A stretch of 63,447 bases of DNA, filler included, from Reticulomyxa filosa (GCA_000512085.1; 19 parts of 19 records of this genome joined end to end with filler, not necessarily neighbours in it); one strand, 5' to 3'. Positions 38,783 to 51,933 are shown, numbered from the whole stretch's first letter. The notes: a model not told the origin generated them from the sequence alone. Numbers and translations are program-made.

Positions 38783-40410
38783 TTCACCCTCTTTGCCCCA
38801 TCTGGTCAACATAAGCATGCTTGATCGTCTGTTACATGATATATGTCGATAATGTGTTTGTTTATTTTGTTCATTATCTTTTTACGTTGTATGACCACTT
38901 CTTCGACATTATTCAATGGTTCCAATGATTGAGGTGACTTGTCAATTGTTTCCAATGATGAAGGTAGTTTGTCAATTGTTGATAAGAGTGTAACAGGTCA
39001 GCTTGTTATAATGGCATATTTGACTTGTCTAACGGTTCCAATGGAAGAAATTCTTGTTCGAACAATGCACCAGACTCTTTGTTTTCATTTTCAATGTACA
39101 ACTTTAGCAACTTTGACACATGCACAATCTTTTCAAAGCTGTTCGCTCGTGATCTTAAGAGTTACTGGCCCATGCGTTGACTAATTGTATACGGGCCAAC
39201 AAATTTTGGCAACAATTTTGATTTGTTACATACTCGCTGGCCCCCTACGAATAATAGAACAGAATCGCCTATTTCAAAACTATCTTATACGCTTGGTGTT
39301 GTATTTTCTTTGTGCCAATAATGCTCCATCACTAACAAATTGCAGTTGTTTTCGTAAAGTACATTTGTACTCATGCAATGGTTCATACAATGACTCCACA
39401 AGTTTATTTTGGGTGATTGTTCCAATGTCAATATTATGGCATTCGATTTTTTCCTTTAATCCTACAGCATCACTATGTAACTCTGACGTTGGTGCTATAT
39501 GCTTAATATTTAATTCCTCTTTATTCTTGGCAATGTTTGCATATGTATTGTCTGCTTTGACATACCAGCAATGTGCTCCAAATTTTGATCTTCCAATATT
39601 TCGTCCGATTGTACATGATCAAATTTTTCATGCTCCAACATCAACGCATAACCGAGCTGACTTAATGCACTCCTAGATAAAATAAAGTTATGTGGCAAAT
39701 TTGGTACTACATAGAAGTTTTTCTTAAACAAAGATTTGTCATTGTTTTTGACGTCCTTTAGAGTAAGCTATACTTTTTCTTGTAGTGTAATGGACCCTTC
39801 TACATGCGCAACAATGAATGCACGCGCATCATTTGTTAATAAGTGCCGATGTTTACGGCCATAGCGTCGCTCAACGCGCATATCGATGATCCAGTATCCG
39901 CAATTGATTTTATGTTACCCATTTCTTTATTGCACAATTCAATTACAATTGTATCGGGTTTTTTCATCGCTTTGTCAACAACAAGTATCGGAAGTATGTG
40001 CTCACCACTTTCTTGATCTGACTGCCGTTCGATTACGTGTAATTCGTTTCCATTATTTAGACATACACTTTACTTATGACCACGTCGCCACAATTCCCCA
40101 ATGACGATTAGTGCCTTTGAGTATGTTGTGTTGCTGTTTGTCTTTTGTCACTAGCTTTTCATTAGTTGCAGCTGCATTACTTTGGCTATGCAAGTTAATA
40201 CCGTCATAATATTCTTTATACATATAGTTTCTATACTTATAACCCCATTTTTCCTAACTGTAAAACTATTGTCGCAATCTGATGTGCTTTCATGACCATA
40301 GAACATTTCGTTACTTCTTGGATATCGTTTCGTTGATATTGTTTTGTTCCATTTTTGTTTTCGATAGGTCATTTGTTTTGATTGTATTTCCTCCTCGAAC
40401 CTGATCTGTA
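38551..40410 (-). mobile_element. Degenerate, internally deleted LTR retrotransposon (Ty3/gypsy-like)
   Basis: Minus strand: decayed CCHC knuckle (NCG.RGHK*SVC, ~40061-40100); aspartic protease IADTGSSIC (DTG 39890-39898)...FYVVPNLPHNFILSR; stops and frameshifts; PPT and LTR. Confidence 0.75.
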
Positions 40411-40791
40411 TGTTTTCCATTTTTCTCGGAAGGAATACATCGTATACTTCATTTCGAATACGATCATAGCGAATCGTAGCAATAACAGCTCGTTGAAAAG
40501 ATATAGAGCCAGTGACCCTGGCCATCGCACATATATTATGTCGATTATGTGCGGGTGTGTCTTCTCCCAACCCAATGCGTACGACAGCAAATACAACTCG
40601 ATGGTCAGGCTGTATATTATCCCCGCCACACTTCCACAAACAAGTAGTAATGGCTGGCGCTTTCGGAATGCTTCCAAATCACGCACGTTGTAATAGCGAT
40701 ACGTGTAGTATATCATCAACGGTAGGCACGTCAGAGACGTCAATATACAACACGCCACTCCAACGGCCAAATTGGTCACGTTTAAGGCCAT
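40411..40791 (-). pseudogene. Truncated multi-TM (7TM or 7TM-RGS-like) protein N-terminus running into the retroelement remnant
   Basis: MALNVTNLAVGVACCIL...FRKRQPLLL...LLLRFAMIVFEMKY...WKTY; three TM segments, then the sequence loses membrane character. Confidence 0.55.
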
Positions 40792-41321
40792 TGTTGTGCT
40801 TGTTCTCCCTGAGCTGAAGTGAAAATTAAAACAAAAAATTTCAAAAAAGGTTTCAACAAAAAAAAGGGGAAAGATTGAGAGTTTTGTTAAAGCAAGTATC
40901 CTGCTTTTTGCACACAAACTTAAACCCTATTCTCAATATAAACTTAATGTGTATGAAGCATTCCAAAATGAAATCTTTTTTAAAAATTCAATTGTGCGTG
41001 CGCTTTATATAAAAAGGTAAGGTCAAGATTCACAACAGAGACAAATTTAACTTTTTCTTAGCAGTATCATTCTATGCAATAAGCGTGCTCTAGGTAGCAG
41101 TGTTCGCTTTTTCAAAAAAAATGTCAGATAAAAGAGAACAGTATTTGATAATTTTAAAAAAAAAGCCCGATTAAGTCAAATTAAAAGAGGCAAATACACA
41201 ATATTCACATTTGTTTGCGTGTGAATGAAATCCGTTCGTAAAAAAATCCCAACAAAAAAAACTTTACGAAAATCAGTAATCTTGTGCGCTCACTGCAACA
41301 AGATAGGCCCCTAGGAGAACA

Positions 41322-42524
41322 ATGAGCAACGCAGAGGACAAAAAAAAAGCAGAAGAGCTAAAAACTATATCTTCTCTGGACAACCCGTGTTTTAGTAAAG
41401 ATTGGACATTGCAATTGAACCAACAAGAGCAAATCAGTCACTTTATCTGTTTGATTTGCAAACAAGTTGCCAGAAACCCAATTGAAATGGACTGTGCGTA
41501 ACATCAAGACTTGAATGAATCGCGTATTGTCGGCGAGGATTGCCTAAAGCAATTCCTAAGTGCAAATCCAAACTCTTGTCCTGTTCAACCTCACAATGGT
41601 TGTGAATATTTTCAAAGTAGATTAGCTCAACTACATATCAGTGATTTACGAGTTGCATGTCCAAGATAATTTCAACAAGATTCACAAACACACACCCAAT
41701 GGCAGCAATCCAAAGGAGAAAGTAATGAAAAGATAATATGTAATTTTAAAGGAAAGATTAAGAATTGTATGATCATTTGGAAAATTCATGTTGTTTGAAA
41801 TTATTGGATTGTTGGTATAAACCATTTGGATGTGATCACTCCTGTCCCAAACAGAAATTACAACAACATTTGATTTCAAACTTAAAATTTCATTTTGATT
41901 TGGTTGTCAAATTTGTAGATTCATTACAACAAATTTATAAGTTTATTTATTTAATTTTTTTGAATTGATTAAATTAATGGAAGAAAAAAATGATAAGCTC
42001 ATTCAAGACATTCAAAAACTTTCCAACAAAGATGAACAAAAAGAAAATGACAATATTTTATCTTTCAAATCCAAATATTCTTCCAATTTTGATTTGTTTC
42101 ATTCTCCTAAATTACTCCACATTTTCAGTGGACATTCCAGTTCTATATGTAGTCTTCAATATTCATCGCTTGATGGTGGTAGATTTCTTTGCTCTGGAGC
42201 AGATAGCACAGTTCGTGTATGGGATTTGGATATTAACAAACAAATTCAGATATTTAGTGGACATTCAGGTAGTGTTCGTGGTGCCAAATTCTCTCCATAT
42301 CATCGTAATCATCGTCGTCCCACTATTTGTTCGGCATCACATGATAAAACTATCCATTTTTGGGACATCAAAACAGCAAAAGAATACCAAATTTATAAAG
42401 AACACAGTGAGTTGGTTTATTATATTCAATTTTCGTCATTCACAAATGGAAGATATTTCTGTTCTGGATCACAAGATAAGACTATTCGTTTATGGGATGT
42501 TGAGACATCAAAATCATTACATGT
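41322..42524 (+). pseudogene. RING-TRAF zinc finger-WD40 protein pseudogene
   Basis: CLICKQVA...C.*H...GEDC...CPVQPH; CNFKGKI...HLENSC...CWYKPFGC...HLISNLKFHF; at least 3 WD40 repeats; in-frame TAA at 41499 and 41667; frameshift ~41760. Confidence 0.8.
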
Positions 42525-42745
42525 NNNNNNNNNNNNNNNNNNNNNNNNNNNNNNNNNNNNNNNNNNNNTTAATTAATTAANNNNNNNNNNNNNNNNNNNN
42601 NNNNNNNNNNNNNNNNNNNNNNNNAAAAAAAAAAAAAAATTTGAGGAGAGAGTTTGGAGTGATACAAAATATTAAAAATGAAAAATGTGAGAATATATTA
42701 ATTTTTATAATTGTTGTTTTTTTTTTTTTTTTTTTTTTGGCAAAG

Positions 42746-43240
42746 ATAAACCTCATTATGATTTCGCAGCGCATAACGTGCCACAAAGTCGGTTTATTAC
42801 ATTGCTATTTTATTTGAACGATCAACTGAGCGAAGACGCAGGGGGAGAAACCTCTTTCCCCAAAGCGGATAACGGTCGTGGTTTGGCTGTGCACGCCGGG
42901 AAAGGAAATGCCGTCTTGTTTTATTCTTTACTTGAAGATGGAAATGGTGATGATTTGGCGTTGCACGCTGGCACTCCTGTGTTGAAGGGAGAAAAATGGT
43001 ACATTTGATTGCTCTTTTTTTTTAAAAAAAAAATTACAATTTCATTAACCAAAAAAATTTTCCACTACATAATATTAAATTTTGATTAACTATTCCTAAT
43101 TATGTGTTTGGCATTTTTTTTTTAGGTTGGCGAATTTTTGGTATGAACTCTTTATTTTCTTCCCCCTTTGTGTATTCTTTGTGTTTCATTTATATATAAT
43201 TCTTGTTTTGTTTGACAGGATATGGGATCCACATCGATGA
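42746..43240 (+). CDS. P4H: Prolyl 4-hydroxylase alpha-type 2OG-Fe(II) dioxygenase, C-terminal exons
   Basis: KPHYD, RFITLLFYLND, GGETSFP, GNAVLFY, LHAGTPVLKGEKW|LANFW|IWDPHR*. Confidence 0.88.
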
Positions 43241-43566
43241 CCGTTTGGCTTTTTTTTTTGTTTCATTTAACATTACTTTTATTTCCTAGTTTTGGATTTA
43301 TTTTTTTTTGCAACTATTGTTCCCATTCGTGCTTGTTTTGACAAAGTGACAAACTTTGCAAAGGATCTTCTTCGATTATTATCAACTTGGGTTTTAATAG
43401 AACAACTATTTTTTTCCTTTATGAATCGATTGAAGGTACAAAAGAAAATAAAAATAAAAAGTCATATCAATGCTTTTTTTTTGGATAAATCATTAGTAAA
43501 TCAAAAGAGGACATAGCCTCAATAAAAAAAAATGTATATCCAATTGTTGTCCCCAGCAACAATGTT

Positions 43567-44956
43567 TTATGTCCCGAGCACAACGTCCACAAATTCCAAA
43601 GCGTCATCAGAACAAGCCTTGGGACAAACAAAGATACCGACAGTAAGCCACTCATGCTCATTCAGCATGCTTTTAAGTTTGGAGGCATGAGAAGAAGGAA
43701 ATGTAAGACAAAGCAGGATGTTACTCATGATTTGGCATTCAAAGACCCGTTGATGTTGACACTTGGGACAAGGAGGGACGATATTGTTTATGGAATGAGG
43801 ATACAAAGGCTTGTCGCCGTAGCAGTAGCGAATGCATTGTTTGCCATCCAAAGCAATTCTATCCAAATAATCTACCAAAGGGTCCATGACAGGGTCTTCC
43901 TCATATGTTTCGTCCATCCATTCGACTTCTTTGTCATTGGCTATTTTGGTTTGGATTTCCTCCGCGGTTATGTCTACATGTTGTTCCGTTTGATTGGAGT
44001 AAAAGTCTTCCTCATAAATGGACAACTCAAACGTCGAAAACTCTTTCAAATTTTTTTTGGATTGGCCGTCAGGGGTTGCATTGGATGCACTTGTAGATTC
44101 GGCGTCATTTTTTTTTTTGGTTGTGACGGCTGTGATGGCTGTGTTGCTTCCTTTCTGCGCTCTTGCGCAGGTGCAGAGGGATCCTTATTGGTTAAATACA
44201 CGTTCGATAACAAAGCGTTCAGTTCCTCGTCCAAAGACATGGCCACTTTTGAGTCACTTGTGTCTTGTTTCATTTCGCTTTTTTTCGTTACAGGTTGTTG
44301 GACTGTCGGTGTAGGGAAATGGAATAAGCCAAATGTGTAAGAGGAATTGTTTTCATTTTTTTGGATGGGAGGCAATTTCTTTGCCTCATATGCTCGATTA
44401 GTACTTGATTGCTGTGCTTTTTTAGTCGGGTCGATATTGGAGGCTATGTTTATCTGATCGTCTTCCTTCTGTCGTTGTGTCAACACTTTCCATCCCTTGT
44501 ATGTTCTCGTACATTGTCCGTCCAAACACATCCATACGTAAATAGTACGGCTGTGACTTTCATAAGGGGCATACATTTGACATAAGAAATACATCTCTTT
44601 GTGACACTTTTCACACTGATGCTTTTCGCTCGCTTTTTCTGCTTTTGTCTTCTTTGTTTCTTTTGCTTTCTTTTTCACTTTTTCTGATAATGGATGCCAT
44701 AACACCTTTTCATTTCGTCAACAACAAGTATTGCGCAATTTTTATTCCACTCCACCGCCATTACAAAGTAAACACATTTGCAATAGTCACACATACTCAA
44801 ACAAACACGTCGCATACAAAATACCGGTTTACCGCCAACGTAACAGCTGTCTGGTCTTGACGGATTATCTATCCATTTTCCAACTGTTCCAATATACGCG
44901 TATTTTTGAACTGCCTCTTCTTCTGATAGATCGTCTTCTACTTTATGTTGTGACAT
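43567..44956 (-). CDS. PDCD2L: PDCD2-like / TSR4 ribosomal-protein chaperone
   Basis: YVGGKP|..W, CEKC..MYFLCQMYAP...RTIYVWMC...C; QCIRYCYGDKPL, PPCPKC...VFECQIM, WLTVGIFVC; one frameshift in the T11 run at 44108-44118 (probable sequencing error). Confidence 0.82.
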
Positions 44957-45324
44957 CTATGGAACGTTAGATTTTCAAGATGCAAAAAATTCTGCTGCGG
45001 GAAACTGAGTTACCAGCTTGCTTCGAAAACCTTCAATTAATATCTCTAATAAAATTTGGAAAATGTTGAACGTTTCTTTTGGAATAACATTTGCCACAAT
45101 TTGTAGAAATAATCACTTTTTGTGAAAAAAAAAAATTATTTTATTGAAATATTGGTAAATATGTTAAACATTACATCTTTTTTAATATTTTGGCACTTTG
45201 GCTTGTCGTCATATAACAGTAAAAGTTCTGTGACAAGGGCGTCATAGCATTTTCCATCCCCAAGAGACATTTGATTTCCTTCTCCGTCTTTTTTTAATTA
45301 ATTGCATTGCCATCACTGTCGTCT

Positions 45325-45693
45325 ATGGACTCTATATTTGTCACGAGCTCTATCTGGGAGAATGTGACTAAGATGATCTCAAACAGTGACAAAAATCTCG
45401 ACCCAACTTCAAATATTTTGGAAAACGCAGATTTTGTCCGAGACTTTAAGGAACTGTACGATCACGGTTTCCAAAATCTGTTTATTGACTGGTATTTCAA
45501 CCAATTAAAAACCTACATCATTGTGGACATTTACACGCCATTTGTACAGCATATTACAAAGTCTCTGACGACACATTTTGAATCTTTACAGTCCTATAAT
45601 AACGACCAAATCCCGCCAAGGCCTTGGCTACTTATGAGTGTCAATAACTTTTCGACTTCCATATGGGACCAGTTTATGACTGATCTAACCAAA
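45325..45693 (+). CDS. Possible anaphase-promoting complex subunit 2 N-terminal exon
   Basis: HGFQNLFIDWYFNQLKTYIIVDIYTPFVQHI resembles the recalled APC2 N-terminal segment (HGL.S.LEEWF.E.LQ..L...ISPEFW..I). Confidence 0.45.
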
Positions 45694-45843
45694 GTGCGTT
45701 TCCTTTTCTTGTGTTTCTTTGTGGTCACTTTTTTTTTTTTTTTNNNNNNNNNNNNNNNNNNNNNNNNNNNNNNNNNNNNNNNNNNNNTTAATTAATTAAN
45801 NNNNNNNNNNNNNNNNNNNNNNNNNNNNNNNNNNNNNNNNNNN

Positions 45844-46241
45844 GAAGAAGAAGAAGAAGAAGAAGAAGAAGAGATATTACAATTGATTTTGAGATGTATG
45901 ACAACACGTGGTTTGAATTGAGTGGACAAATCGAGCAAAGAGGACATAACATCGCACATGTGTTGATCGGAAAAGTTTGTGGAAAGCAGCTGCATTTCGA
46001 CATGCAAGTGGCGAATGGAAAAGTCCAACTCCCCTTTGGAATGACAAAGGACAAGGGACAATGCAGCACGAAGCACTTTAGCACATGTCTTAACTCAGAG
46101 AGACTGCCCTCCACATACACACGTTCCAACTTGAACCAGTCCTCGCGCCGTTGGATTGGATGTATCGCCGTTGTTTACTTTGTTTAAACTTGGTAAATAT
46201 GTTGTCGTTGCTGTTAATACTGTTGTTGTTGTTGTTGTTGT

Positions 46242-46278
<37 letters not shown>

Positions 46279-46685
46279 AATGAAGACGAAGGACATGGCG
46301 CTTGCAATGTGCAGTGATAGAGAAACAACTGCTTCAATCGTGGCGAATGCCCGAGTATTTTGGAAAGCGGAATTTCTGTGCAATTGTGGATCGTCAATAT
46401 GTCGAGATTGGCCAAAATGTCAAATTTCCACGTAAATAACCCTCGCATGTTCGTGAACATGATTTCCAACTTTGTCAAATGCGGATACTTCTTGCGGTGC
46501 ATAAACTGGTACAGTATTTGCTTCTGCACGTGCATGCTGTCGTTCTTGTGCTTCACTTCAATGTGCAATTTCAACTCGGTGATCCCCATGTGGTAATAGG
46601 TTCACCACCTCACGCAAGTTTTCGTCAAACGTTGCTAGGCCAACTTTTGCTGACGCATCATTCGTCCGAGACGTGTTTTCGGAAA

Positions 46686-46716
<31 letters not shown>

Positions 46717-47040
46717 GTTGTTGTTATGATTAAGGAAACTCTCACGAGCTTGATCCCACTTTGTAGAAACCAATAATCTTTTATGACTTCCGAAAGGAAG
46801 TATCTTTGTCAAAAAATTAGAATGCCTATGTTTCAACGAAGTGGTAACGTTGTTGGAAGGAGCATGCAACATTGCGTAGATTGGCAGCTTGAATTGTCGA
46901 TGTTTTATTTGGCTCGTCCAATTCCTCGCGTGAATCAACATGCGACGATTTAACCTTTGCAGTTGTACAAGTGATGTGTCATCCAAATACTCACTCATAT
47001 ATACCATGTAGTCACATGGAGTGTCGAACAATATATTCTT
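45844..47040 (-). pseudogene. F-box-like/LRR-like protein with frame disruptions
   Basis: FDTPCDYMVYMSEYLDDTSLVQLQRLNRRM; LRR-like LDILTIHNC, LKQLFLYHC, LKCFVLHC; split over three frames. Confidence 0.45.
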
Positions 47041-47269
47041 ACCATTTGATACTCTCTTTTCATCTGCCTTTATCTTTATTTTTCTCTCTTCTTCTTCTTC
47101 NNNNNNNNNNNNNNNNNNNNNNNNNNNNNNNNNNNNNNNNNNNNTTAATTAATTAANNNNNNNNNNNNNNNNNNNNNNNNNNNNNNNNNNNNNNNNNNNN
47201 TTTTTTTTTTTTTTTCCCAAGAAAAAACATAATTATAATAAATTTTTTTTTGCCAGTTAGTTCTCATAC

Positions 47270-47394
47270 CATGAAAAGCCACCTTTTCCCAATGTTTCGC
47301 CAACAAACCACTGCCCTATCTTATACGTATGAATGTTCATTTCGTCATTCAAAGGTGAATTTTCCTTATTATCGACAACTAATGGAGTAGCCAT
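47270..47394 (-). CDS. First exon of a Ser/Thr protein kinase (missed by the ORF track)
   Basis: MATPLVVDNKENSPLNDEMNIHTYKIGQWFVGETLGKGGFSW with GxGxxS loop, then a GTATG donor. Confidence 0.8.
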
Positions 47395-47414
47395 GCAATC
47401 AAATTAATTTCTTA

Positions 47415-47493
47415 TAGTGATACACAAACTTTCCAGAAGCGCAGCAAGTTTTTTATAGTGACACAAATTTCCCTGAAGCACCAGCAAGTTTTT
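47415..47493. repeat. Imperfect ~40-bp tandem duplication just upstream of the kinase ATG
   Basis: atagtga..cacaaa.ttt.c.gaagc..cagcaagtttttt occurs twice. Confidence 0.7.
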
Positions 47494-49504
47494 TAGAACC
47501 AAATTATTGGAAAACGTTAAAAAATTAACATCAAATCAGGTACTGTAATGATCAAAACAAAAAATACAAGCAAAGGAATAATTTCAATACTATCTAGTAT
47601 CTAAGGCCCAACAAAACAAACAATACCAATGAGCACTGGCCTGAAAGTTGGATCACTATCATATTACACTCCAGAAAAATTTTAAAATGGCTTATTTTTC
47701 TTTAGTATAATCACCGAATTTAGTTTCGAAAATTGTAAATGCTATTACATTCTCCGAAGCTGTTTGATGTTTTCAATTGAAAAAATTAATTCCATCAAAA
47801 GATCATGAGAAACGTATTTGAAGAACGAAAGCAAAAGCGTTTCAAAAAAAAAAGTACTTTTGTCATATAACAAAAACGTTAATTTAATATTTCATTTTGA
47901 AAGAGATTATATATATTGTGTAAAGAATCACAGAACACAGATACTATGCACACACAAAACAATCTATTTTTAACAGTTCATTTAATAACTTAAAATACTT
48001 GAAAATTTGAATAATTTCATGTTGATTGGTTCAATACTCAAATAACACCGGAATTTTTCGTTTGATACGTATAGCTTGCATTCAGACGTTCATACTTAAT
48101 TGCAACTGTTTCAATGTTATCAGTTGCAATACAAAATTTCACTGAAGCAACAAAAAAATGTCAAGGTAACAATATTTTTTTTGTTTTGCTGTTGAAATAG
48201 AAATGTTTCAATGCAAAGTCCTAGTAACACGCGAAAGCAATGTTGTAATTTAATGCATGATGAATAATTTTGGAAATCGTTCGTTCAATAAATCGCATTC
48301 AATTATCCATTTGCCAAAATAAACATTTTTTGTTTTTCAAACGCCAAAGATATTATAGACTATTACTAAGCTGTGTTTCATAATACAATATTAACTGGTT
48401 TTCTTCAAACATTACGTTCGATAAATAGTTGTCGAACACAATCAGCACGTAATTCACTGAGATTTCGTTGCTTGTATAGATCATCAACAACGCTATCTTG
48501 TTTGAATCCATATCCACTATAGATACTAATTTCAATGTTCTTCTGTCCATTTTTTTAAGATTTGAATCAATATGTCATTTTTATCCCCCTTTGCGGGTTG
48601 CCAATTTACTGTTGTCAATCGGACTATTTAAAGTCAGGCTAAGCATTTTTTAAAATAATTTTTTTATGTTATAGCTTATCAAAAGATACAGTCAAAAAAT
48701 AAATGGTATAAATATGTGAATATGTGATTTTTTAATGTTCCAACAAATTTTCTAACATACTGGGGCCAAATAATTTTGAAATAAAAAATTGTTAAGTTTA
48801 TTACACAAAAGCGTAGAATATTGAGAATTTGTCCGTTATATTTGTTTAGAACTATAAATTTCATGAGCTGTATTTATAGTTTAGTGAAAATCTCAGACGA
48901 AATGTTTTTTTTTATACTTTTCCAGAAAATTCTGTGGTGTTAAATGCCAAAAAGTGTTAGGAGATACAAAGCTCAAATTTTTAATACAAACCAATCTTTA
49001 AAAAAACAATCAAGCGTTGCTTAAATTTTAAGCTATTTTAAAATTTTTGCTATTTTTATTTTTACTTGATTGCATTTTATTTTTTATTATTGACTTTTCC
49101 TTTTTACATTTGCAGCTTTTATTAAAGTTGTTGTTTATGTTCTTTTTTATTTCTAAAATGATCAACAAAATAATGTCTACTTCGGAAAAAGATCTTTTGG
49201 ACGTTTTTGATTGAAATATTTTTAAGCAATGTCTTATCTTGTTTATTATTTCCAATAGCGCTGGAACAAGGATAGACTATGCGAAAAAATAAATAATCTT
49301 TAATCACAAGCAAAAAATTGGTAGCAGTAGTTAATTTTTTTTTTTTGATTTTTGGTTTTTTTAATTTGAAAATATTCGTTTAAATTATAACATTTTTAAT
49401 ATAANNNNNNNNNNNNNNNNNNNNNNNNNNNNNNNNNNNNNNNNNNNNTTAATTAATTAANNNNNNNNNNNNNNNNNNNNNNNNNNNNNNNNNNNNNNNN
49501 NNNN

Positions 49505-51933
49505 TCGACAATTGATTTTAAATCCTGCAAAGTATGTGAACGGTCATCTTCCGACTATGCCAGAAAATGCGCACATGGACATAATTCGTGTAATGAAAAA
49601 TACGGGAAATGAAGGTAAGACCTTCACGATCCGTTATTGTCCAAACGGACATCCGTTCATCATTGGAGCGTGTGGTCACCCAACGGAAAAGGTAATTTGT
49701 GCAGTTGATAGATGTGGCAAAGAAATTGGTGATCTAATATATATTGATACAAACACCGGACTGAAGGAGTTGGAAATCCCCAAAGGATATGTTTTGGATG
49801 GATCAGATGAAGAATTATCGATAGGCGATTCGTTTTGGAGATTCGAAGGGAAGCAAGAAATAAGACGTATTTACGAAGTGGCATGCACATTGCTGCGACT
49901 ATTGATCCATTTGTCGCTATTGATCAGAAATGCAGCTGTGCAAGAAGGGTGCAAGCAGCTCCAAGAATTATTAAAAAAAGAGAGTGCAGAGGAAGTGACC
50001 AAGTTTTTAGAAAAACAAGCAATTGGGTATTTTCAATTGTTAGGAAAAATCACCGAATTGAACGATGAACTTTTAGCAGTGGCATTGCATCAAATGTTGG
50101 ACGGCTTACCGCAAATATTCAATCGGTGGTATCCAAATGGATTGGATGGGACAGATCTTATAACTACATATGACTTTGAAAAAAAATTTGATAGTCAATA
50201 CGCTGGATTTTTTTCTCGACTCGAAAAATTCAATGAATTGAACAATCGCAGTAGAATTGCTATGGATGAAGACAAGGCTATGAAAGAGATTTTCTCGGAA
50301 ATCGAAGAAAAAAAACAATTGACGAATCCTATCACAAGCAATATATCCCGCATTTGTTTTTGACCATCTATAATGTGACATTTAATGATTTGGCTAGGAG
50401 GTTTATGATGGAGTCATCATTGAAGCATGAACATCCATTGCTATATCGTGTGATAAGTGCAAAAGATGAAATCTGGAGTGTGAAATACTTGCCTGTTATT
50501 GGACAATGGATGAGACATGTATACTTTCACTATTCACGACAAATTACTCAGCAGGAGTGCCAACTCAAAACTGTCACCCAGGTGATTGAAGAGTGGCAAC
50601 AAAAAGGATATGGAAGCGAAGCGAAATCTTATCTACAATTATGGAGTGGCTTCAAAACGTGTTGGAACGCATTGGCAAATCAAACAGTGAAAAACGACTG
50701 CAAGTCATTTACTATTCCGAGATTAGATGAAGATGATAAAATTAGTTTGGAGTTTTCAACTGCACAAAACAAAAATAATGGATTGATTATTGTAAAAATC
50801 ATTCAATTGCTGCAAGATGCACATAACACATTTTTAGAGGATGTAATGGAGAAGTATGAAAAAACTATAAACCATGAAGAAAAACATGAGGCAAAGAATG
50901 ATTGCAGATATATGCAAAAGATCATAGGCAAGAATAAGTCTCTGTTCAACATACACGAAAGTGATGTTGTATGTTTGGACAAGGATCAAGTGACCAAAAT
51001 TATTCAACAATGGAGTCTTCCCTCATTGAAATATGGAGCCATTAACAAAGCTCGAAATGACACTTTGGATTTATACGCCATTGAAAACGAGATTGCCCAT
51101 CGATTCATAAAGACTCGTCAAATTTTGGAAATTGGCATTCCTTTCCTTCAATTTTCCAACCAACTGAATATCAAAAATTGCATTGACATAATTGAGGAAA
51201 ACAATAAGGAATTGAAAAAAGAGCCATTTGATCAGCCATTGTTGCAAATGTTCCTTTCCTCCTTGCAATCCCAAAGTGAAATGCAAAGAGCTTTGGGAAT
51301 ATTGAATGAAGTCATTGTCTTTGTTTCTCAAAATATCAAAATTTTTGAGTTGTTAAGTCACAAGTGAACAGACAAATAAACAAAAATTATCTTCATGTTT
51401 TAATGAGTTGTTGTTTTTATTTTATTTTTTTTATGCACAGAGATAAGTATTTTGTAGAGTTGCTTGAACAAATGTCATTTGATGAAAAAAATCGCAAACT
51501 TTTTATGATGGATTTGGAAGATCGACAAGAAAATTTCATATTGTGCAGACATATGTGCAGCTTATGGCGGCTTTTAAACAATGCCGTGCAATCAACATTT
51601 GTTGATAAAAGCACGATTGACAATTGTGTATTGGATACTTACAAAAAATCTTTGACAGAACAATTGAAACAACAGCTCCAAGCAACGGTAGAAAATACAT
51701 CTTTGAGGACAACAGAGAAAATTTTAGATGAGTGGAGAGACACTGCGCAAATCGAAGGACAAAAAAATGAGTGATGTGAATAAAAAAGAACCCTTCATCA
51801 ATTGGTTAGAAAATGTCAAATTTTTTAACGATGAGTTGAAATTCTTCCCGAAAGAGTCACTTGGGATTACTGTGCTGAAGGCTATGCCTATCTCTACAAG
51901 TTAATCAAACAAGCTCAAATGACTACCACATAG
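49505..51933 (+). pseudogene. RNF213 (mysterin)-like E3 ligase C-terminal region with an RZ finger; three frameshifts; 5'-partial
   Basis: CPNGHPFIIGACGHPTEKVICAVDRCGKEIG (49638-49730); LLRLLIHLSL; KHEHPLL...VKYLPVIGQW; LQDAHNTFL; YG...LDLYAIENEI; intron 51364-51440; frameshifts ~50310, ~51765 and ~51860. Confidence 0.75.

Noticed and set aside
40082-40092. acgtcgccaca as an inverted terminus matching tgtgggacgt at 38551
   Set aside because: It lies inside the decayed gag zinc knuckle; the LTR plus PPT explains the structure better.
38939-40104. Plus-strand ORFs 38939-39184, 39185-39676 and 39886-40104
   Set aside because: Antisense shadows of the minus-strand retroelement remnant.
41499-41669. 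Ciliate-like TAA=Gln genetic code
   Set aside because: Intact genes (SDR, PDCD2L, 7TM, ART) end at TAA, and this locus also has frameshifts.
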